32,781 nt of DNA, taken from positions 1-32,781 of the forward strand of contig KZ539143.1 of NCBI GenBank assembly GCA_000934665.2, given 5' to 3'. The notes under the pieces are model-generated. The model worked only from the letters and a program-made list of their open reading frames with translations. It searched no databases and had not been told where the DNA came from. The translations under genes were made by a program, and so were the position numbers. This document shows, in pieces, positions 10,517-20,289 of the stretch (within the stretch, counting starts at the first letter, position 1; every line of letters starts with the position of its first letter). The DNA comes from Catajapyx aquilonaris. Its lineage: Eukaryota.

Positions 10517-13500
10517 CACCAGGGCGCTCGCTCTATACTACTTTCCTCGTTCAACAATTAGAAGTGAAAACTATGGTAACTACTACCTACAGGTGATAGT
10601 CAACTTTTGATTGTGGATACTGTATGCCTATAATATTATTATTATGATCAATATATTGAAGGTGGGTCATATACGGAGGGAGGGCCTCAATTGGAGGCTA
10701 ATTTGAGCCTTTTTCCTGTCGCAAAATTGTTTATGGTGGTCACCACATGTTGGAATCGACTAGCACAGCTACAGGATGACGTCCTATGTGTGATTTCTAA
10801 TAAATTCTACATAAAGGCTGACCTCTTGACCCGTTATCTAATCGGAAGGCGCCCGTACAATCGAAAGAAAGCCAGGGAGGTCAATCCCAAGAGGCTAAAA
10901 TCGACCGACAATCGAGATAAGACCCCCCCGGTTTCCATTATATTTTCAGGGCCGCCAGTCACACTCGGATACGTAAAAAGAGTCCGATATTTTATGGGCC
11001 TATAGGAAAATGTCTTTACTTGTTAAAAGGTCCTTGGCGACATTATCCAGCAGGTTGTAAGGCTCACTGGCATATCCTAAGCTTCCGAACTAAGTTTAGT
11101 CGCAATGCCATAGAAGAAACGTCCATGGTGTCCATCCCTTGACCCATAAATCCCAGTTTGAGTGACAAGAGTGGTCTTAGCCAGCAGGCCTTCCAATAAT
11201 ACTATGGGCTGGAGGTCACCCGATTTAAAAGCCATGTAAACCTATACCCGCACTTAGTATATTTTTATCTACAGTTGTAAAGCCCTATAATTGCATCGAA
11301 GAGTAAACGACGACAGAAAAAAAAAATCATGCATACACAGCCCAAAAAAAACTTTCACATTTGCATAAAAGTTTCGCAAATTTCATAAGGGTACATTATC
11401 CCTGATAATAATACGGGGGAAAAAAAAATCTACCCTATTATCTAGAGAAGTTCGATTAGAAATGACTATCCGCGACTGAGTGGGTGTGTCATCATCATCA
11501 TGTTTCCGATGATGGTGGCCCTCGGGAGAGGTCGTGACCTTTTTCTCTGGGGTGTGTGCAATTACTCGGCGAAAAACCTGCACAATGTTACTATGCAGGC
11601 CCATCTGCTGGGGGGCAAAAAAAAAGGGTCAGTCAACCTCTATATAGCATCAGGAGGAATGGTGCTCCTCCAAATATTAAATCGGATTTTTGGGAGAGAA
11701 GAAAACAGCCCCTTAAAACCAGGGATTAACCCCCCCACTGGTGTGACCCCCCTCTGAGTTGACCTCTAACGATTAGCTTTAATCGAAAAATGGTGATAAA
11801 CAAGGAAGGGGTCATCAGCAGCATGCGAGGAAATAATACTTCGAAGAAGAAGAAAAATTGTGCAAAAATCTTATACTTGTCACGTGGAATTACCCTCCAG
11901 AACATATTCTCGCAAAAATTTCGTCACTTTTTTTTCCCTGACGTCACAACCGGCATTTTTTTTTCTTCAAACATTTCCTCCTGACAAATTCCTGAATCGT
12001 GTGTATCTGACTCACTTTCACCGTCCGACGATAGACATTTTGACCCTTCCGATCGTACCGGACCCACGTTGACGTGTACGTACGTGAGCTGGTTACGCAA
12101 CAAAAAAAAAAGAAGTCCAAACTCCACTCAATAAAGAAGTCACATTTTTTTTTGTGTCTCCAACAGCTCTTTCTCCCCAATAAATTTCAGCTAAAGTCAA
12201 GTCCAATCCGGTTAACATCCAAGTGGTCATCGACTTTCCGCACATATTTTTGCTGTAATTTAATTATTCAAACTCTCATGTGACGAAATAATTTTGAGCA
12301 GAGATTCGTGCGTTAAAATAATAATTTTCCGGTTGGGTTAAAATAAAAAAAATTACCCGGAAGGTTTAACCAAAGCAATCCGGAAACAGTTTGTAACTTG
12401 TATCCTTGGAAGACGCCCAGATATAATTTCCCCCAGGAAATATAAGGTGGCGAAAAAAAAAAAACGTGGCCTTGGGGTGGGCCATGTGGCGGTTCCTAGG
12501 AAATCTGTCAGAAGGCTTTTTGGCCCAGCAGAAGGGAAATCCGGAGAAGATACAGACCCCACAGTGTCCTTCACTCTAAAATTAAAACAGTGCAAAAAAA
12601 AAAATGCTGATAAAGACCCAAATAATTCGGAATCTGCAATTTCGTGCGAACCAATTGCCAAAAAATGTACTGATGCCCTTTGCCTTTTTTTAAAAAAAGC
12701 AAATAATATCGCGGGTTGCTATGAATAAACATTTCTGATAAGTTATCAGCTTCAAAAAAAACAGTCAGGGTGACATTACTAAAAATGAGCGGGCGTATAT
12801 TTTTTTCTCATTTTCATTACCATTCATTATCAGCCTATCGCAATTAACTATTGTCTCCTTGTCGAATTCCTAAGGTCAGCAGTAAATTAACAGTGTTTTT
12901 TTTTGGGGGGGGGGGTGGGGGGTGGGATATGTCATATCGTCCTGCTGTAACTATTATATAGTGAATCGATTCCAGGCAATCATCCCTAGCAACAATCTGT
13001 CTATGTAGGTGCTGGTGATGTCCTTGGCTGAGATCCAATCTGGCCAATAGCATGTCAAAGGCACCTATAGTACTTTTTGGCCCAAGTCCCAGTCCACTCC
13101 TCCAGCAGCAGACCAATGGGCTTTGGATGCCTTTGAAAACTGACCCATCCCAAAGAGCCCCAAGAGAAGCCGCCAACAAGTTTTTATTTTAAGAATAGTT
13201 ATAACCTCGTCGACTATAGTAGAGAGTGGGGTGATCGCTATTACTCTTTTTTTTCTGTCTCTGTAGGGGTCTATCCACCCTCTTGATTCCCACCAATGAG
13301 AGGCGTCCGCATTTTTTTTTTTTTTTGCAGCAATAACCTTCGGCGAGGAGAAGCGTGCATGGCATGCTTATTAGATATATTTTGCGAAATCAGCATGACG
13401 GGATGTTTACCCCCGTGTAAAATTATCCTCGGCTGATTGCAGCTTTTTTTCGAGTAATTGCTATATTAGGCTATATAACAAGTATATAGGTGGGCAATTT

Positions 13501-16170
13501 TTTTTAGTGAACCTTTTTAAAAAAAGGACGCGACGCCAATCATCCATTAGCACGACCAATTATTATTTGCCTAAGCACCAATTTAACAGTCCAGAAATAT
13601 TTATACGTCAACAACAATCCAACTTTTACAACATCACATTTGCTACTTTATAACTACTTTATAAAAAAAATTAGAGTAGACAATTAGTACATGAACCGCA
13701 ATTTTTGTTTCCCTATAGCAACAGCCTAGCAACGAGATGGCCTCGGAATGCATATTTGGTGCTAAAATTAGAATATTATATTTAACAATTTGACTTAAAA
13801 TGTTCATAGTCCCCCCCCCCCCCAACAAGCCCTTCTAGGGCTATCCCGGGGCAATAAAAATATTTAAAAAAAATTAAAATGTTCATAGTGTCCGCCAACA
13901 TATTTCACAAACTGGCGCAAGATCGCATGCTTTTTATGTTTAAAAAAACGTCATTATTATTAACTAAATCCGTCAATATTACTAATCTAACAAGGATCAC
14001 GTCATTCGAAATTATGTTATCGCGCAAATGTTGCGAAACCCCCGTCGATATTTCCTCAATATTTCAAGGAAATTTCGAAATAATCGCTTATAACTAATCA
14101 CATTATTAGTCAGCGTAATCAGTAACTCGTTACAAGTCGACGTAACGTTGGACATTGGCCGAGCGATGCAGTCGCCTCTTGACCTTTTTGATGCAATATA
14201 AGGAAGCAAAAATTTCGCGATATTTCTCGAGATTTTTTTTTAAAGAGTTACATGTTACAACAGCAGGAAGGCCATCAATTACAGGGAGTCCGATTAGAGG
14301 TAAAATGTTATATAGTGATGACCTCCATTGCCTTTTTTTTTTCTTCGATATGGACGACAAACAGGAAGGGGGGACCCCCCCATCTTAAAGCTTTTGAATA
14401 AAGGTCCCTCACGCAACGATAAGTCCACAACACACGTACGGCCTGCGTGTAACACAACACACACACACGCTATAGTGTTGCGTGCTGCTGTCACGTTTCG
14501 TCTGAGCTGTTCAAACCTGAACCCCCTCAAAATAATAATTGTTCCCCGATACGCCCATAGCAGACTTCAGGTACGTTGCGATCTGGGGCGTCCGAAAGCA
14601 TTTTGGACGCATAATGGCGGGATGTAATCATAAAATCAGCGTGCTACGGACACATTTACAAAGGGGGCCAAAAAAATGATGGACTGAATCGCCATGGATA
14701 CGACCTGCGTCATCCAAAGACATCGCTCATGTTTACACACACCTTGAACGTTGATGGCAAAGGTCGGAACCGCCACCCTTTAAAAAAAAAAAAAAAAATG
14801 GATCGTTGCGGGTTTCCAATGCGTCAACCCCGCATCCTCATGAAGAGATCGTCAACATATACTGCGAGGTTGGCAAACTCGAGACATGATGACCAACGAC
14901 ACAAAAACAAACGATGCGACGTACTCATTACGTGTGTCTGGCGCCGCACAGGTGAGAAGGATTTACAGGCCATTAACGCTATTTCACATGACCTCAAAAA
15001 TATTTCAGCTGGGAGACGTCAACACGACTTGCGACACGTCGAGAAGGGACGTCAGTTTTTTTAATTGACGACGACGCGACTGCCAGAGGCTTGATTGGGC
15101 CTCACCCAAACAAAGTTGCTCCAAAACAAGTTTAAACAATTGGGGCTATTTTAAAAAAAATTATTTAATATTTCTGACTAATAATTAATTGGTTGAGTCT
15201 GCTAGATTAATATTGGTGTTGGCTCATGACGTGGGCCAAAAAAATTGTTATTGGGTCGATTTAATACGTTTCTGAATCGATATAAAATTAATAATAAATT
15301 AGGTTGAGTCTATACTTGAAAATGCGGTTTCAACACTGGTACAGTACACGAGAAACAACATTGGACGTAATGGCATATGCATAATACAAACTGCATTGCC
15401 ATTTTTGGTGTGCGCTACATGTTGCTTCCTCACTGCAGCTCTAAAAATGTAGCTGCTCGGGCTCGACTAAGTACACAATTGCGACATACTTTGCCCACAC
15501 ACATGTATATATAATTGGCGTCCGCATGTCCCTGTAAAGGTGACCTTCAAAACACTGACCTACCTTGCAGTACACTCAGTCCCCCACGCATATCGAAGCT
15601 CAGGAGAGGAAAGTAGGGGGGAAAAAAAAGTGCAAGAGTTCACAGCACTTGTATGGTGTACAAAAATAGCTCACACATCCAAGTGATAGCTTCCTCGTTG
15701 CCACACTCGAGAGATTATTATATGCACCTTCTCTCTCATTGCGACAAGGTCATGAGGCACTCGTCTCGAGGGGGAGTATATTGCATATATAGGGACCTTT
15801 TTTTTGGGTGATGACCCTGACATATGTGATAGTAACATACACTTTATACTCCGCACGGTTTAAATTGGACTTGCGATTACCTGAAGGTCACGCATGTATA
15901 ATGATTAATCGATATCGCCATTGTTGCGTCATTTAAAAGTCATGAGGCTAGGGGTGGATTAAATGGGTCCTTGATCGGTCATGGTCAGCATTGTTATACG
16001 TATGTTTAAGCTCATATGGAAATTTACGAGTTTTCGGCGGTTTTCGGCCTTCCCCCCCCNCCCCCCCCCCCCCCTCAAATCGTCAGTGGCACGTAAGCCC
16101 AAGTTTCAGCACTCTCGGTAGTCTGAAAGTGGGCTGGGTAGGTAGGACAAAATTTCCCATTTATACTACA

Positions 16171-16807
16171 CTAGCCTATTCTTCGCCCGCGAATTGATAA
16201 AGTTATTGAGTTAATGAAAGAAGTTCATAATTATGCTTGTCCTAAAATAATATTTTTTTTCCGTATGGTGCGGTACTTTTCGAACATACCGCGCCATTTC
16301 AGCAACGCCATCTACGATGCATAACTGGAAGCGCCAGCCTCCGATTAGTCCCTGCCAGCTACCGCCATCCGTGGCGTATATCAGAACTACTAGAACACCC
16401 CCTCCTCTCCCCCCACATACACCAAAAATCCTCAAATTTGCGGATTTAGCCTTCTAAAAGTGCAGTTTTAGGACTTTTTTTCCCCCTCAACCACGGACAT
16501 GTTTGCCATAAGTCTGCAAAGTTTCAGTGCTCTCAGCGGTCTGAAAGTGTGTTAGGTAGCCCGGACAAACATATATGTACATACAAACATTCCATTTTAT
16601 CGTGTAAAGATGAGAGATGTCAGCAGCTCTTAGTAGTAAAGGAAGTGTGTTAGGTAGCCCGGACAAACATATATACAAACGTTCCCACTTATATAGGCTA
16701 CTATGAGAGACGTCAGTACTCTCAGTAGTCCGGAAGTAGGTTAGGTAGGTAGGACAAACACACAGACAAACGTTCCCATTTTACCGGTACTCTATAAGTG
16801 TAAGAGA
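16171..16807 (-). mobile_element. Non-autonomous Helitron-like element with a triplicated 5' end; a further partial copy lies at about 16000-16170
   Basis: Minus-strand termini A|TC (16808/16807) and ...CGCGGGCGAAG..GGCTAG|T (16171/16170) resemble the ends of short insect Helitrons. A unit of about 90-100 bp (TCAG.ACTCTC.GTAGTC.GAAGTG.GTTAGGTAG...GGACAAACA...TTCCCAT) recurs at about 16100, 16520, 16620 and 16710. Confidence 0.6.
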
Positions 16808-16817
16808 TACTGTATAC

Positions 16818-18497
16818 CGTCGCTTGGGTATCTTGTCCGGGTCTATGGGCCACTTGCCGCTGACCATTAGGGCCGTGCAGGAAGTCGGAAGTTTCGGAGG
16901 CGGCGGCGCCGCCGGCGCCGTGTCCCTGGACGGCAGCTTGTATTCCTCCATGGTGTCCTTATTCAGCCTCTCGACCTTGGTCATCACCACCTCGGGCTCG
17001 TATAATTCCTCCAGCCGCCTCGCGGATGGTGCTCCTCGAGGGATCAGCCTCCTTTGAGTGATCCCCTGAGGATTAAGGCCGATGCCCTTCCGGGCCTTGG
17101 ACCACTCCTTCTTGACCTCCTCCTTCTTCATGGCCAGCATCACCTTCTTCCTGCGCCTTATGGCTTCCAGGCTGCTGTTGGTCGGATGCAGGATCCCTGT
17201 CACCTCGGGGAAGATCGGGAAGTCCTCTGGGTTATCCTCTGAGCTGTCGCTGTCCAATGACCTGCCCCTAGCGCTGTAGATGTCGACCAGGGTCGACCTG
17301 GGGGACTCTGTGATGGGCGAGTCGCCCTTCTCGGACAGGATCGAATTCACGTCCTCCTCAATGGCTTCTGGTCTACCGCGGAACCCCGCCAGCTAGGAAA
17401 AAAAAAGAAAAGGTTAGGACACTGCTCATGGGCTGATGGGTCACCACTGTACCTTGATGCAGCTGCAGCCGGCATCTCTTACGACACTCTGGGGCTTCAG
17501 TCGCAGTATGGTTTCGTCGTCCTGGAATATAATTGAGAAGATGCTGTTATGTGGATGGCATAAGGATAGATGTTTTTTTTTTTTTTTTAATGACAGCAAC
17601 CGAGTGCGCAACACAGTTGTTTCCAACACTACTCTTGAGAGGGTAACAATATACGGCCGACTTTTGCGACGTTTCCAAGGCTCTGGAACGAACCTGTGTG
17701 AATTTGGCACCTGAAGAGTATAATTATGGCAACGTTGTTGTCGGAACAATGGACTTGCGCGAGTGTGTGTGCGCACTCGATTGCGCTCGTAAAAAAAATC
17801 ATCTACACTGTCTTTCCTGCCTTATCAGCAAGCTCAATCTAGATCGGGTCTAGTTTATGTACTCTCGATTGCAAATGACATCATAAGTACACACACGAAC
17901 ATTTATCCATTTTTAATAAGTTGCATGCAAATTAATTCGTCGTTTATCTTAAATCTGCGGATGCCAGTGCCACTCTTATATAGACACCGCGGTACTGTAT
18001 ACGTATCAGCAAATACTATATCTGTACCAGGATGGCACGATGTAGCCTATACTCGAGATACAGACATTTTAAAACGTGACACCTCGCGATTAATCACGCC
18101 GATGAATTTTCTTAACAAACGGATAAGGTAATCGGCAATCGGTCGAGAGAGCACATCGTACGACCAATCGAGAGATTAACTGCACTCCATTCATGGCCGG
18201 TTTCGTCCAGAAGGTTATAATATATGTCATAAAATCCGAGATTCCTCTCTGAAAATCATTATTGGACGCGTTTTTTTCTACTTCACGAAAATTTACTCAT
18301 TTTTTTTTTTTTTAATGTGTGGAATATCACATTCCATTTCTTTATACCAATGGGCTTCGACGATGCATGTATCCGGCCTTGGGTAGGACACCCCTGTCCC
18401 AGATGTCGTAAGGCACCGTGTCAGGCTCTCGATCTGGTATCCACGAAGGGTTCTGGTCCAGGTCTCCTTCGCCCTCGTCGCGTCTCGGAAACTTCCA
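16818..18497 (-). CDS. Uncharacterised spliced protein-coding gene, exons 18497-18348, 17521-17453, 17392-16818; 5' end uncertain
   Basis: Three open exons, each preceded by a pyrimidine tract and AG (ctgcttttctcacag, atattccag, ttttttttcctag), with GT donors. Exon lengths 150 and 69 nt (phase 0/0) join in frame across 826-nt and 60-nt introns into a GC3-rich 575-nt exon: WKFPRRDEGEGDLDQNPSWIPD...SPL/DDETILRLKP...CSCIK/LAGFRGRPEAIEED...DPDKIPKR. No family recognised. Confidence 0.75.
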
Positions 18498-18538
18498 CTG
18501 TGAGAAAAGCAGACACCCCGACATTTTAAGTTATACTA

Positions 18539-19109
18539 CAGGGTGTTTACGACCTAACTTTACAAACTTCCAAGGGTAATAGAGGGGACCAAGACAAACA
18601 TTTTTGACATAGGAAACCGTGTCCGGAAACGCCATCTAGAGGGGGTTCATAGACGAGGAACGGGTGCGCTCAGGCGCGTCACGCGAGAGGCGCAAGTCGA
18701 GCGGACTGTTTTGTTGATAGATGGCGCGCAGTTGTTGCCAGGTTATGGCGTATCGCGTCGTTGTAAGTAAACAACAACGCGATACGCCATAACCTGGCAA
18801 CAACAGAACCGCATGGAACCGCTGTTGACTATCCGCACGTCTCCTAGGAGGCGGACTTTAGTTGCTAGATGGCTCTGCTGTTGCCATGTTATGGCACATC
18901 GCATCGTTGGTTACTATCCGAGCGCCATCTATCAACAATAAGTCCGCTCGACTAGCGCCTCTCGCGTGACGCGTCTGAGCGCACCCGTTCCTTGTCTATG
19001 AACCCCCTCTAGATGGCGTTTCCGGACACGGGTTCCTATGTCAAAAATGTTTGTCTTGGTCCCCTCTATCACCACTAGAAGTTTGTAAAGTTAGGTCGTA
19101 AACACCCTG
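18539..19109. mobile_element. Tc1/mariner-type MITE, 571 bp, with long TIRs
   Basis: TA|CAGGGTGTTTACGACCTAACTTTACAAACTTC ... GAAGTTTGTAAAGTTAGGTCGTAAACACCCTG|TA. The imperfect TIRs extend about 190 bp and the TSD is TA. Confidence 0.9.
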
Positions 19110-19164
19110 TATAGTCAATACAATGAAAAGTATTATACAAAAATTAATAAAAATTAAAATAAGG

Positions 19165-19229
19165 TGTGGGGTCCTAAAAGACCCCACGGCACAGTTCCTG
19201 TGACTTTCAGGCACGGCACGGTTCCAGGG
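19165..19229. mobile_element. piggyBac-like terminus (one end only)
   Basis: Ends ...CACGGTTCCAGGG|TTAA, with a subterminal hairpin GTGGGGTC-N6-GACCCCAC and a repeated CACGGCAC(A/G)GTTCC. No matching TTAA|CCCTGG end was seen. Confidence 0.45.
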
Positions 19230-19233
19230 TTAA

Positions 19234-19931
19234 GAGGAAACCCAGTCCGCAGCAGCCAAAAAAAGGAGTATCAGTTGACATTTTATTTCATGTCATTGTG
19301 CGCTTGCTAACGTCATGAAATTTTTTTTGGGGTCTCTTCAGTATAGCTACCTGGATTAGAGTTACTTAATTACGGATAATTGCAAAGCAAAGTAGTGAAA
19401 ATAAATCGCGAAGTTAGGTGTCGAAATGTGCATTTTTCCATTCCATCTCGATAATGACCCGTGAAGTATGTCCTTCATAAATGTGAATCCATGTGTTGTG
19501 ATGGTTGCAGGGCTTGACAGAAATTTTAAAAATTAGTGATACATTTTGGCTATTAAAAAATTTAATGGCCAAAATTTCTTTTTGGTTATTTTGGCTATTA
19601 AATTTTAATAGCCAAAATGTATCACTAAGTTTTAAAATTTCTACGTCAAGCCCTGCACACCATCACAACACATGGATTCACATTATGAAGGACATACTTC
19701 ACGGGTCATTATCGAGATGGAATGGAAAATCGCACAATTTCGACACCTAACTTCGCGATTTATTTTCACTACTTTGCTTCGCAATTTTTTGTAATTAAGT
19801 AACTCTAATCCAGGTAGCTACATTGAAGAGCACTCCAAAACAATTTCATGACGTTAACAAGCGCACGAAGGGATGAAATAAAATGTCAGCTGATACCCCC
19901 CTTTTTTTACTGCTGCGGACTGGGTTTCATC
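19234..19931. mobile_element. Palindromic non-autonomous element, Sola3-like, 698 bp
   Basis: Nearly the whole element is an imperfect inverted repeat with arms of about 330 bp: TTAA|GAGGAAACCCAGTCCGCAGCAG ... CTGCTGCGGACTGGGTTTCATC|TTTA. GAG terminus, TTAA target and long TIRs fit Sola3. The family call is inference; the palindrome is directly visible. Confidence 0.75.
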
Positions 19932-19934
19932 TTT

Positions 19935-20136
19935 AGGCCTGCATCCACGTAAAAGATTCTTGGGCACGAGTCCTCTTGAGCAAGGAATCTTGTCTGTCGA
20001 GACGGACTCTGTCACCTCAGGGCCCCTCAGAAAGGGCATTAAAGTTGAAAATTTTCTACTTTTTCTCGTTCCTCGGATCCAGGCATTCACAGTTGGCTCC
20101 TCGTGCACAAGAAATCTTTTACGTGGATACCGGCCT
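19935..20136. mobile_element. PIF/Harbinger-like MITE, about 202 bp
   Basis: TIRs AGGCCTGCATCCACGTAAAAGATTCTTGGGCACGAG / CTCGTGCACAAGAAATCTTTTACGTGGATACCGGCCT, with flanks TTT and TTA (one change from a TTA TSD). Confidence 0.75.
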
Positions 20137-20289
20137 TTAGTTTCTCTCTTCCCACCCTCCCTCCTCTTTCTCCTCCCTCTTCCAATGATACATGTATGTG
20201 ATTGTTTGAATTACCATCTGCTCTCATAGGATTATTGCATCTTTTCAGTAGCATACACATTGACCCTACTGTTGATACTTTTTCTTCAG

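Noticed and set aside
12844..13179. Possible extra minus-strand exon of the orphan gene
   Set aside because: No convincing acceptor was found and no phase-consistent pair of junctions.
19508..19655. Separate hAT-like MITE (CAGGGCTTGAC...GTCAAGCCCTG) nested in the Sola3-like palindrome
   Set aside because: The flanks are inverted rather than a direct 8-bp TSD, so it cannot be separated from the host palindrome.
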